From contig CAWDJB010000008.1 in assembly GCA_963802505.1 (NCBI GenBank), forward strand, positions 134,112 to 198,111: a stretch of 64,000 nt of DNA. Reading direction: 5' to 3'. The position numbers and the translations under genes are program-made. Each line of letters opens with the position of its first letter. The stretch's first letter is position 1. Shown here one piece after another: positions 9,275-20,268 of the stretch. This DNA comes from an uncultured Acidimicrobiales bacterium (GTDB lineage: Bacteria > Actinomycetota > Acidimicrobiia > Acidimicrobiales > DATKAS01). Under the pieces are notes generated by a model that worked only from the letters and a program-made list of their open reading frames with translations, was not told the DNA's origin and ran no database searches.

Positions 9275-9294
9275 CCGCCAACCGGCTAAGCCGC
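9267..9294. terminator. Imperfect hairpin spanning both stop codons of convergent genes
   Basis: GCGGCTAGCCG-CCAAC-CGGCTAAGCCGC forms about 11 bp with one bulge. It sits between the MoaD-like gene (+) and the FAD oxidoreductase (-). There is no U-tract. Confidence 0.4.
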
Positions 9295-10749
9295 GAGTCC
9301 CAACACCTCGAGCAGGTCTGGCCTCCCGGGCCCTAGCACCGGCTCGGGCGGCCGGCTCTCTCTGTCGTTCCACACGGCGAGCACACGGGCCCCGATGTCG
9401 GGATCGCTGATCAGCGTGTCGGGCGGCACCAGCAGGTTGAACGTGCGCACGAACGCGCGGAACACCTCGGGATCGGTGCGCATCGCAGGAGCGAGGCCCT
9501 CGCGCAGCACCGACCTCATGAACGCTCGGGGATCGTCGGGGTCGTCGATGTCTTCGCCCGCGAGCAGCGCGGCCGCGATGCGCCGGGATTCGGCGTCCTG
9601 GACGACCGACGACCGGTACCACGGCAGCAGGTGCTCCTCGGTGAGCGCGTGCAAGGCCAAGGCTTGCGCGGTCAGGTCGTCCGCGTGGTCGCGGACGACG
9701 CCCGCGAGCAGATGCGCGTGCCAGAACCCGGTGGAGCACCCCCGCCCGTACAGCGGGTTCGTGCAGACGCTCGCATCGCCGATCGCATGCACGCCGAGAG
9801 CCAGCGGCTTGCCGTCGACGACGAACGTACGCAGTCGGTTGAGCAGCCCCGCCATCAGGTGGACGCCCGTGATCGGCCGTGAGATCGCCGGATCCACCCA
9901 TGCCTGCGTCGCGGGGAGCAACGTGGCCGTCGCGTCGAACGCCTCGAGCGTGCTCAGCGCGGTGCGCAGGACGCCGTCTTCGGTCGGTGTCGCGAGCGTG
10001 ATCGAGAACGTGCCGTTGTCGCCTTGGAAGATCGCGTACTTCAGGTAGCCGAGGTCGCCGCCGATCGGCCCGTCGCGCGGCGGCGGCTCCGCTCCGGGCA
10101 AGAGCTCGTAGAAGCGGGAGTAGTAGACGATGCCGGTGTCCTCGACTTCCTCGGGGACCGGATCTGTCCCGATCGCCGCGAGCCAGTCGGGGAGCGTCGA
10201 CCGCCGGCCGCCCGCGACGATCGTGAGGTCGGCAGGGATCGTCCCCGCGCTCGTCACGACTCCGGTGACGACAGGCACTCCGTCGGCACCTGGCTCCGCG
10301 CGCAGCCCCTCGACGGCGACACCGTCGCGGATCGTGCAGCGGTCGCTTGCGAGCACCGAGCGCCTGAGCACCCACTCGAACGTGGTGCGCCGGCACGCGA
10401 GCATCACGAGCTCGTCGTCGTTCGCGCGTGGCGACCGGTCGGTCATGGTCGGCGGCAGGTTCTCGGTCATCCGGATCTCGGTCGCGCCGGCGTCGAGCAG
10501 ATCGGCCAGCACGTCGGGATACGAGCCGCGGAGCAGGCCGTAGAGCCGGGCGAGGAAGGCATGGCTGTGCCGGACCTGGGGGGCGCCCCGGCGGTCCCAC
10601 TCGAAGGCCGACATGGGATCGGGAGGCAATGGCGTCGCGTCTCGCTCGACCAGCGTGACCTCGTGACCGTCGCGACTCAGCGCGAGGGCGGCCCCCAAAC
10701 CCGACACCCCGGCACCCACCACCACGATCTTCTTGCTCTCGAACCCCAC
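9286..10749 (-). CDS. FAD-dependent oxidoreductase (Rossmann GxGxxG N-terminus); substrate unknown
   Basis: 487 aa with a GTG start. The N-terminus KKIVVVGAGVSGLGAALALSRDGHEVTLVERD is a dinucleotide-binding motif. Confidence 0.75.
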   Translation of the reverse strand: MGFESKKIVVVGAGVSGLGAALALSRDGHEVTLVERDATPLPPDPMSAFEWDRRGAPQVRHSHAFLARLYGLLRGSYPDVLADLLDAGATEIRMTENLPPTMTDRSPRANDDELVMLACRRTTFEWVLRRSVLASDRCTIRDGVAVEGLRAEPGADGVPVVTGVVTSAGTIPADLTIVAGGRRSTLPDWLAAIGTDPVPEEVEDTGIVYYSRFYELLPGAEPPPRDGPIGGDLGYLKYAIFQGDNGTFSITLATPTEDGVLRTALSTLEAFDATATLLPATQAWVDPAISRPITGVHLMAGLLNRLRTFVVDGKPLALGVHAIGDASVCTNPLYGRGCSTGFWHAHLLAGVVRDHADDLTAQALALHALTEEHLLPWYRSSVVQDAESRRIAAALLAGEDIDDPDDPRAFMRSVLREGLAPAMRTDPEVFRAFVRTFNLLVPPDTLISDPDIGARVLAVWNDRESRPPEPVLGPGRPDLLEVLGLAA

Positions 10750-10809
10750 GACGATTGAAGGTACATGGCCCGTGCGAGGTTGCAGGTCGGCTCCGACCGT
10801 GGTTTGCTG

Positions 10810-10836
10810 TTAGCACTCACGACCCGAGAGTGCTAA
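10810..10836. promoter_or_regulatory. CIRCE operator (HrcA binding site) upstream of groEL
   Basis: TTAGCACTC-ACGACCCGA-GAGTGCTAA is an exact match to the CIRCE consensus TTAGCACTC-N9-GAGTGCTAA. It lies about 65 nt upstream of the groEL ATG. Confidence 0.92.
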
Positions 10837-12531
<1,695 letters not shown>

Positions 12532-12542
12532 GCAATCCGAAG

Positions 12543-12585
12543 GAAGTCGGGTGGGTGTTCGCACTCACCCGACTTCTTCGATTTT
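12543..12585 (+). terminator. Intrinsic terminator after groEL
   Basis: GAAGTCGGGTGGGTG-TTCG-CACTCACCCGACTTC forms a stem of about 15 bp. It is followed by the T-rich run TTCGATTTTC. Confidence 0.75.
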
Positions 12586-12602
12586 CGGGCGATGATGGAC
12601 CG

Positions 12603-13067
12603 GTGGCAGACCTGCACCCGATGATCGAGCCGCTGGCGTTCTTGCTCGGCACGTGGTCGGGCCAGGGCGTGGGGGAGTACCCGACGATCGAGACGTTCCC
12701 GTATCTCGAGACCGTCACGTTCGACCACGTCGGCAAGCCGTACCTCTCCTATGTGCAGCGCACGACGCACCCCGATGGCACCCCGACGCACGGCGAGCTC
12801 GGGTTCTGGCGGTTGCCCTCCCCGAACAGCGTCGAGCTCGTCGCAATCCACCCGTTCGGTGCGACGGAGATGGCTGTCGGCTCGTTGTCGGGATCGACGA
12901 TCGACCTGCAGTCGATGTCGGTCGTGTCGACGCCTGCGGCGAAGGTCGTCACCGGCGTCGAACGCACTCTCACGGTCGACGGCGATGTCCTGCGCTACAC
13001 CGTGCGGATGGCTGCAGTCGGTCAACCGATGACCCACCACCTCTCCGCCGAGCTCCGCCGCGCCTGA
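12603..13067 (+). CDS. Nitrobindin-like heme-binding beta-barrel protein (FABP/DUF1794 family)
   Basis: ORF 12555..13067 trimmed to the GTG at 12603, because the longer start lies inside the groEL terminator. LLGTWSGQGVGEYPTIETFPYLETVTFDHVGKPYLSYVQRT...LRYTVRMAAVGQPMTHHLSAEL parallels the mycobacterial nitrobindin (Rv2717c-type) as I recall it. Confidence 0.75.
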   Translation: MADLHPMIEPLAFLLGTWSGQGVGEYPTIETFPYLETVTFDHVGKPYLSYVQRTTHPDGTPTHGELGFWRLPSPNSVELVAIHPFGATEMAVGSLSGSTIDLQSMSVVSTPAAKVVTGVERTLTVDGDVLRYTVRMAAVGQPMTHHLSAELRRA

Positions 13068-13073
13068 CTCGCG

Positions 13074-13661
13074 ATGCGCCGTGTCGACGTCACCACCTGG
13101 TCGCTGGAGATGCGCGACCGCTCGCTACTTCGCCCAGCGGGCGCGCCGAAGATCCCGATCGCGATCGAGCAGGCGGTCGAGCCCCAACCCGAGCTGAACC
13201 GGTTCCTCTACACGGCGGTCGGCGGCGACTGGTACTGGCTGGGGCGCCTGCCGTGGACCTACGAGCGGTGGACGATGTGGCTCGACCGTCCCGAGGTCGA
13301 GACCTGGGTGGCCCGCAGCGGAGGAAGCCCCGCCGGGTACTTCGAGCTCGAGCGCCAGGACGGCACCGAGGTCGAGATCGCGTACTTCGGCCTCATGCCC
13401 CAGTTCATCGGCCGGGGCGCCGGAGGGCACCTCCTCACCGTCGCGCTCGAGCGGGCATGGGCGATCCCCGAGGTCAGGAGGGTCTGGGTGCACACGTGCA
13501 GCCTCGATCACCCCTCCGCGCTGGCCAACTACCAAGCGCGCGGCCTCGAGATCTTCGCCGTCGAGATGGAGAGCCACGACCTGCCCGACCGGCCTCCGGG
13601 GCCCTGGCCTGGGGCCAATTCGGCCCCGCGCGATACCGGCACCTCGCGTTTCGACCGATAA
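13074..13661 (+). CDS. GNAT-family N-acetyltransferase
   Basis: 195 aa, 6 nt after the previous stop. It carries the acetyl-CoA binding-type block FIGRGAGGHLLTVALERAW. Confidence 0.75.
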   Translation: MRRVDVTTWSLEMRDRSLLRPAGAPKIPIAIEQAVEPQPELNRFLYTAVGGDWYWLGRLPWTYERWTMWLDRPEVETWVARSGGSPAGYFELERQDGTEVEIAYFGLMPQFIGRGAGGHLLTVALERAWAIPEVRRVWVHTCSLDHPSALANYQARGLEIFAVEMESHDLPDRPPGPWPGANSAPRDTGTSRFDR

Positions 13662-13667
13662 TGACGC

Positions 13668-14330
13668 ATGGCCATGGGGGTCCGGCGATTCGCGCTCGTG
13701 GCAGTCGTGGGCGCTGTCGCGGCCGCATCGACGTCCTGCGCGAGCTCGGGCTTCACGTACGTGAAGAACAGCGGCGAGGGCGCGTACTTCAAGGTCCCCG
13801 AGGACTGGAAGCTCTACAAGCTCGACCCCAACGCGCTTCCTGACGATCGGCCGTTCCCCGACGGCGCTGATCAGCAGCTCGCGGACGGGCCCTGGCGGGT
13901 CGTGTTCGACAGCGACGCGAAGCCCGACGTCACCCACTTCCAGGACGACATCCCCGAGGCCGTCGTCGGCCAGGCCGAGATCAGCCCGATCGGCCAGAGC
14001 GTCAGAGATCAGGTGTCGAACGTCGACCTCCGGGCGCTCGCGCTCGACGGCACCGCTGACCCGATCGCGCTGTACGAGCAGGGCAGCACCGACATCGAGA
14101 TCGTGAAGTACGAGCAGCTCACCACCGGCGAGGGCCTCCGCGGCAACCGCATCGTCCTCAACAAGCTGGTCAACGGCAGCTACGTGACGATCGATCAGAT
14201 CGCGCTTGTCGATCCGGGCACCACTACCTTGTACCGGTTCCTCGTCAAGTGCTCATCGAAGTGCTATCTGCAGCATCGGAGCGAGATCGACACTGTGGTC
14301 GACTCGTGGCAGATCAGGAAGAAGAGCTGA
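13668..14330 (+). CDS. Hypothetical secreted lipoprotein
   Basis: 220 aa. It has a signal peptide followed by Cys (VVGAVAAASTSCASS). No recognisable catalytic motif. It lies 6 nt after the GNAT gene and 1 nt before the FtsH-like gene. Confidence 0.6.
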   Translation: MAMGVRRFALVAVVGAVAAASTSCASSGFTYVKNSGEGAYFKVPEDWKLYKLDPNALPDDRPFPDGADQQLADGPWRVVFDSDAKPDVTHFQDDIPEAVVGQAEISPIGQSVRDQVSNVDLRALALDGTADPIALYEQGSTDIEIVKYEQLTTGEGLRGNRIVLNKLVNGSYVTIDQIALVDPGTTTLYRFLVKCSSKCYLQHRSEIDTVVDSWQIRKKS

Positions 14331-14331
14331 C

Positions 14332-16797
14332 ATGAGCATCGCCTGGCCCGATCCGTCGCCGCCTCCCCCTCCGCCTCCCCCGCCCGTCCACGTGCCGGTG
14401 CCAGCGGTCGAGGTGAAGCACACCCGCAAGAAGCTGGCGTTCTGGGACCGCTCGAAGATCCTGATCTTCATCGCGTTGCTGTTCGCGTTCCTCGTGTGGA
14501 ACGACATGGCGGACAACCCGATCATCCCGTTCCGCGACGCGCTGCGCGAGACGGCCCGGGCGAAGTGGTGGTTCTTCCTCGCCTTCGTGCTCGAGCTCGT
14601 TCGCCAGATCCACTACGTGATCTGCGAGCACTCCGCTCGTTACAACATGTTCTGGGAAGACAAGGTGTTCGGCCGCTGGAACAAGCGCGCCGACCGCATG
14701 AACCCCTGGACGCGCTTCCGCATCGCGCGGGCCTTCAAGTTCGTGTTCGTCAGCATCGTGCTCTGCGTGTTCTTCGCCGGCCGGTGGGACGTCACCCCGG
14801 TCGAGGCGTTCTTCCAGGCGCCGTCACGGATCTACGACATCCTCTTCTCGACCGCGCAGGGTCTTCCGTTCATCTTCCAGATCGTCATGCTGCTCGGCCT
14901 CGCCGTGGGGCAGTTCGTCGCGATCTTCTGGTTCCTCTCGCGCGGTGGCGTCGACACCTACTACCCCGACGACATCAAGACCCGGTTCTCGGATGTGTGG
15001 GGCCAGGATCCGGTGCTCGATCGTGTCAAAGAGAACGTCATGTTCCTCGAGGACCCCGAGAAGATCGAGAGCAAGGGCGGCCACGTGCCTTCGGGCATCT
15101 TGCTGTGGGGGCCTCCCGGCACCGGCAAGACGCTGATGGCGGAAGCGGTTGCCGGTGAGACCGGCCGGCCGTTCGTCTTCGTCGACCCGGGCGCGTTCAC
15201 GAACATGTTCTTCGGGGTCGGCATCCTCAAGGTGAAGTCGCTCTTCCGCAAGCTGCGCAAGCTCGCCCTGCGCTACGGCGGCGTGATCGTGTTCTTCGAC
15301 GAGGCCGACACCCTCGGCAACCGCGGTCAGCTCGCCCAGGGCGGCGGCGGCTGGAGCGACAGCAACCAGCTTCCGTTCAACACGTGCTGCAACTCGCTCG
15401 ACTACGTGTCCGAGCACACGCGGGCCGAGCTGTGGCGGTGGAACGCTCCGCTCGAGCCTGTCGCACCCGAGGTCGGGGGAATCCGCGGCTTCGTCATGGG
15501 CGCGGGGATGGGCGGCGGCGGCGGAGGCATGGGCACGCTGCAGGCCCTGTTGACCGAGCTGTCCGGCCTCAAGAAGCCGCGAGGGTTCTTCAACCGCTTC
15601 GTGCGCCGCCTGCTGTCGATGAAGCCGAAGCCCCCGCCGAAGTACCGCATCCTCGTGATGATGGCGACGAACATGCCGCAGGCTCTCGACGAGGCGCTGC
15701 TGCGCCCCGGCCGCATCGACCGCATTTACAAGGTCGGCTACCCCTACCTCGAAGGACGCACGCGCACCTTCCAGGGCTACCTCGACAGGGTGAAGCACTC
15801 GCTGACGCCCGAGGAAGTCGAGAAGCTCGCGCTGATGTCGCCGTACGCGACGGGCGCCACGATCAAGGACGTCGTGAACGAGGCCCTCATCGTCGCGATC
15901 CGCGACGGTCGCGACACGGTCGAGTACGCGGACGCGCTGAAGGCGAAGCACCTGAAGAACAACGGCCCCGCCGACGACTGGAAGTACGCCGACTGGGAGC
16001 GCCACGCGGTCGCCATCCACGAGGCCTCGCACGCCGTTGCGATGTACCGCCTGCAGAAGCGCGAGATGATCGACGTCGCGACGATCGAACGCCGCGGTGG
16101 CACCGGAGGCTTCGTGGCTCCCGTGCCCCTCGAAGAGCAGTTCGTCGACTGGAAGTCGGGCAAGGAGCGCGACGTCATCACGTTCGTCGCGTCGCTCGCC
16201 GGTGAGCGCCTCTTCTTCGAGGGCGACAACTCCGCGGGCGTGGGTGGCGACCTGCAGAACGCGACCGCGATCGTCGCTGGGATGGAGGCCTACGCAGGGA
16301 TGGGCTCGACGGTCGGATCGCGCGGCTACATGCCCGGCGCGGCGTCGGCCACGGGCAGCGTGATCACGGGCGAGGACCGCAACTTCCTCGAGACCGAGCT
16401 CGGCCGTCGGGTCGAGACGAGGCTGAAAGAGCTGCTCGAGCGCGCGCACGGCATGCTCGTCGAGGATCGCCGGTACGTGTTGGCGATCGCCCACGCCCTC
16501 GAGACGCACAAGACGATCACGGGCGAGGACATCGTCGCGATCTTCGAAGGCGGACGCGGTCCGACCCTCGACGGCGGCGTGTATCACACCGACGACTTCA
16601 TGATCTCCTACGAGGCGTACCACCTGAGTGTGGTCGCCGCGCACCAGAGCCAGGGCTCGCCCGAGAAGCCGCTGCCGGTCTTCCAAGCCGTCACGCAGAG
16701 CATCCTCGTGCCGATCGGGAACGGCAACGGAAACGGCAACGGGGCCAAGACCGAGGTCGAGCACTCCGAGCCGCTTCCTCCCCCGCAGGAGCGATGA
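14332..16797 (+). CDS. Atypical FtsH-family membrane AAA+ zinc metalloprotease
   Basis: The ATG at 14332 lies within ORF 14206..16797. Motifs present are Walker A GPPGTGKT, pore loop MFFG, Walker B FFDEAD, ATN...LLRPGRIDR, zinc site HEASH and a downstream GGDLQNAT. The N-terminus has a poly-Pro run and four hydrophobic helices. Confidence 0.85.
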   Translation: MSIAWPDPSPPPPPPPPPVHVPVPAVEVKHTRKKLAFWDRSKILIFIALLFAFLVWNDMADNPIIPFRDALRETARAKWWFFLAFVLELVRQIHYVICEHSARYNMFWEDKVFGRWNKRADRMNPWTRFRIARAFKFVFVSIVLCVFFAGRWDVTPVEAFFQAPSRIYDILFSTAQGLPFIFQIVMLLGLAVGQFVAIFWFLSRGGVDTYYPDDIKTRFSDVWGQDPVLDRVKENVMFLEDPEKIESKGGHVPSGILLWGPPGTGKTLMAEAVAGETGRPFVFVDPGAFTNMFFGVGILKVKSLFRKLRKLALRYGGVIVFFDEADTLGNRGQLAQGGGGWSDSNQLPFNTCCNSLDYVSEHTRAELWRWNAPLEPVAPEVGGIRGFVMGAGMGGGGGGMGTLQALLTELSGLKKPRGFFNRFVRRLLSMKPKPPPKYRILVMMATNMPQALDEALLRPGRIDRIYKVGYPYLEGRTRTFQGYLDRVKHSLTPEEVEKLALMSPYATGATIKDVVNEALIVAIRDGRDTVEYADALKAKHLKNNGPADDWKYADWERHAVAIHEASHAVAMYRLQKREMIDVATIERRGGTGGFVAPVPLEEQFVDWKSGKERDVITFVASLAGERLFFEGDNSAGVGGDLQNATAIVAGMEAYAGMGSTVGSRGYMPGAASATGSVITGEDRNFLETELGRRVETRLKELLERAHGMLVEDRRYVLAIAHALETHKTITGEDIVAIFEGGRGPTLDGGVYHTDDFMISYEAYHLSVVAAHQSQGSPEKPLPVFQAVTQSILVPIGNGNGNGNGAKTEVEHSEPLPPPQER

Positions 16798-17477
16798 GCG
16801 AACCACTCACGCCCACCGCAGGGTGGGGAGTGCTCCATCTGTTCTGCAAGGTCACCCCGGCGGCAGACGGTGGCGCGATCACTGCGGCGATGAAGCGCGC
16901 GTCAGAAGGCGATCACCAGGTGGTCACCGCGGTGCTGCTCGGGCACAAGGCCGACTTCGCCGTGATGGCCGTCGGGCCCGACTTCTGGCGGCTCCACGCC
17001 CTGCAGGCCGATCTGCAGGCCGCGGGCCTCACGATCGCCGACTCGTACGTGTCGCTCACCGAGATCAGCGAGTACGCGAAGGGTCTGCCTGAGGCGATGC
17101 TCGAAGCGCGGCTTCACCCGAAGCTGCCGCCCGAGGGGAAGCCCGCGTTCTGCTTCTATCCGATGTCGAAGCGTCGCAACGTCGGGCAGAACTGGTTCTC
17201 GCTGCCCTACGACGAGAGGCTCGAGCTGATGCACGGCCACGGCAAGACGGGCCGCACGTTCGCGGGGCGGGTGCTGCAGCTCATCACCGGGTCGACGGGG
17301 CTCGACGACTACGAGTGGGGCGTGACGCTCTTCGCGGTGCACCCCGACGATCTGAAGGATGTCGTGTACACGATGCGCTTCGACGAGGCGTCGGCGACCT
17401 ACGCCGAGTTCGGGCGCTTCTTCGTCGGGATGGTCTGCCCGATCGACGAGCTGACGACCCGCCTGAACCTGGGCTAG
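16794..17477 (+). CDS. chdC: Coproheme decarboxylase / hydrogen peroxide-dependent heme synthase (chlorite dismutase family)
   Basis: 227 aa. The ATG overlaps the upstream stop (ATGA). GWGVLHLFCKV...FCFYPMSKRR...NWFSLPYDERLELMHGHGKTGR...GLDDYEWGVTLF... is typical of HemQ/ChdC. Confidence 0.88.
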   Translation: MSEPLTPTAGWGVLHLFCKVTPAADGGAITAAMKRASEGDHQVVTAVLLGHKADFAVMAVGPDFWRLHALQADLQAAGLTIADSYVSLTEISEYAKGLPEAMLEARLHPKLPPEGKPAFCFYPMSKRRNVGQNWFSLPYDERLELMHGHGKTGRTFAGRVLQLITGSTGLDDYEWGVTLFAVHPDDLKDVVYTMRFDEASATYAEFGRFFVGMVCPIDELTTRLNLG

Positions 17478-18763
17478 GGGCCGACCTGGATCTGACGCTC
17501 GGTGGTGTCGGTGCCGTCGGGGTTGTAGACGAACACGTCGTAGGTGCCGCGGCTGGGGTCGCCGATGTCGGTGAAGTCGAGCGGGCCCGAGGCGCCCTCG
17601 TAGTCGATGTTGCGACCGAGGTCGAGCAGGCGCTTGCAGCTCTCGTAGGTGCGGCACGGGACACCGCCGCGGGTGACGTTGACGATCTCGTCTCTGATCA
17701 ACGTGCCGTCGTCGGACCGGGTCGCCTGCGCTGCCAGAGCGAGGATCACCGCGCAGTCGTAGGCGTAGGACGCGAAGGTCGAGGGTGAGCCCGGCGCGAA
17801 GGCGGCGAACTCGTCGCCGAACGTGCTCCCGAACGTCGTCGGCGCCGTCGCGACTGCGGTGCCGCGGATGCCCGCGGTCGCGTCCGGACGAGCCGAGTCG
17901 ACCTGCTGATACAGGTTCGGCACGCGGAGGCCGTCGGTCACGAACGTGGGCAGGTGGTCCGGTCCTGCGCCGAGGTCGATCAGCTTGCGAAGCACGAGAC
18001 CTGCGGTGTCGGGCAGACCGATGACTGCGATCGCCTCAGGGTCGGTCTCGAGCACGCGCCGGACGTCGGGAGCGAAGTTGGTGCCGTTCGGGTCGTACGC
18101 ATAGTTGATGGTCACGCGGATGCCGTTCACCCGCAGCTGGTCGACGAGCACGTCGGACAGGCCTCTGCCGTAGTCGTCGTTCGGGCTCATCAGCGCGACC
18201 GTCTGATAGCCACCTTCGGCGATGACCTCCGCGAGCGCGACACCCTGCAAGCGGTCGGACGGTGCGGAGCGCACGTAGTACCCGTCGTCAGGGAATTGTT
18301 CGAGCGCGAGGGCTGTGTTCGAAGGTGAGCATGTGAGGACCCCGCCCGCGGACGTGCGGCCGAGCACGCTCAACGCGGTCGTCGATGATGCCGGGCCGAT
18401 CAGCACGTCGATCTTCTCGCTGTTGAGGAGGCGATCGACCGTCACGCCGGCGACGGACGGGTCGTCGCCCTCGTCGCCGCCGACGAGCGTCAGCGCCTCG
18501 CCGTTCACGCCACCCGCCGCGTTGATGTCGCGGACGGCCATCTCGATGCCCTTGATCATGGGGGGACCGACGCTCGCCGACTGGCCCGACACGGGCAAGA
18601 GGTAGCCGACGCGCAGCACTCCGTCGACGTTGCCGCGGTCGGGGATCGTCGGTACTGGCGCTTCGCTCGAGGTCGGGGACGCGCCGGTCCCGTCGTCGCT
18701 GCATCCTGCAGCGATCAGGCCGAGCGCGACCACGAACGCTGTGAGGGCCCGGCTCGCGCTCAC
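17474..18763 (-). CDS. ABC transporter substrate-binding lipoprotein (branched-chain amino acid / LivJ-like family)
   Basis: 429 aa with a GTG start. It has a lipobox (LIAAGCS) and the type I periplasmic binding fold blocks LRVGYLLPVSGQSASVG...AVRDINAAGGVNG. It is the last gene of the liv-type operon. Confidence 0.85.
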   Translation of the reverse strand: MSASRALTAFVVALGLIAAGCSDDGTGASPTSSEAPVPTIPDRGNVDGVLRVGYLLPVSGQSASVGPPMIKGIEMAVRDINAAGGVNGEALTLVGGDEGDDPSVAGVTVDRLLNSEKIDVLIGPASSTTALSVLGRTSAGGVLTCSPSNTALALEQFPDDGYYVRSAPSDRLQGVALAEVIAEGGYQTVALMSPNDDYGRGLSDVLVDQLRVNGIRVTINYAYDPNGTNFAPDVRRVLETDPEAIAVIGLPDTAGLVLRKLIDLGAGPDHLPTFVTDGLRVPNLYQQVDSARPDATAGIRGTAVATAPTTFGSTFGDEFAAFAPGSPSTFASYAYDCAVILALAAQATRSDDGTLIRDEIVNVTRGGVPCRTYESCKRLLDLGRNIDYEGASGPLDFTDIGDPSRGTYDVFVYNPDGTDTTERQIQVGP

Positions 18764-18779
18764 CCGCGGGTTCCGGTCG

Positions 18780-19494
<715 letters not shown>

Positions 19495-19505
<11 letters not shown>

Positions 19506-20268
19506 TGGGAGCTCCAAGGTACGCCTCGATGACCGCGGGGTTCTCGCGGACCTCCGCGGGCGAGCCGCCGGCGATGAGCTTGCCGAAGTCGAGGACGTTG
19601 ATGCGGTCGGAGATGCCCATGACGAGGCTCATGTCGTGCTCGATGAGCAGCACGGTGTAGCCCTCGTCGCGAATTCGCAGGATCAGGTCCATCAGCTCGC
19701 GCTTCTCGGCGGGGTTGAAGCCCGCCGCCGGCTCGTCGAGCAGCAGCAGCGTCGGCTTCGTGGCCATCGCCCGGGCGATCTCGAGCCGGCGTTGATCGCC
19801 GTAAGGGAGGTTGCGAGCGGCCTCACCCGCCCTCCGGGCGATGCCCATGAACTCGAGCAGCTGCATGCCCCGGTCGTAGCCGTCGGCCTCTTCGCGACGG
19901 TGCTTGCCGAAGCGGACGACAGCGCCGATCACGCTGGTCGCGTGGTGGGCGTCGGCGCCGACCATGACGTTCTCGAGCGCGGTCATCTCGCGGAAGAGCC
20001 GGATGTTCTGGAACGTCCGGGCGATGCCGAGGCGAGTGATCTCGTTCCGGCTGAGGCCCGCGATCGACCTCCCCGAGAAGCGCACGTTGCCATACGTCGG
20101 TTGGAAGACGCCGGTGACGACGTTGAAGACCGTTGTCTTCCCCGCGCCGTTCGGTCCGATCAGCCCGAAGATCTCGCCGCGATCGACGTGAAGGTCGACG
20201 GAGTCGAGGGCAGTCACGCCACCGAAGCGCATCGTCAACCCGGCGAGATCGAGCAGCGTCTCAGCCAT
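19495..20268 (-). CDS. livG: Branched-chain amino acid ABC transporter ATP-binding protein (LivG type)
   Basis: 257 aa. Walker [22 protein letters not shown] and [10 protein letters not shown] are present, along with the LivG-specific insertion. Confidence 0.9.

Noticed and set aside
8594-10816. 740-aa Arg/Pro/Gly-rich ORF on the minus strand
   Set aside because: This is a typical high-GC antisense or out-of-frame artefact. It overlaps the well-supported MoaD-like and FAD-oxidoreductase genes, has no recognisable domains and has an extreme Arg content.
16718-16745. GGCAAC/GGAAAC hexanucleotide repeat (GNGNGNGNG) as a phase-variation switch
   Set aside because: The repeat unit is a multiple of three, so slippage would only change tract length and not the frame. 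It also lies in the extreme C-terminal tail.
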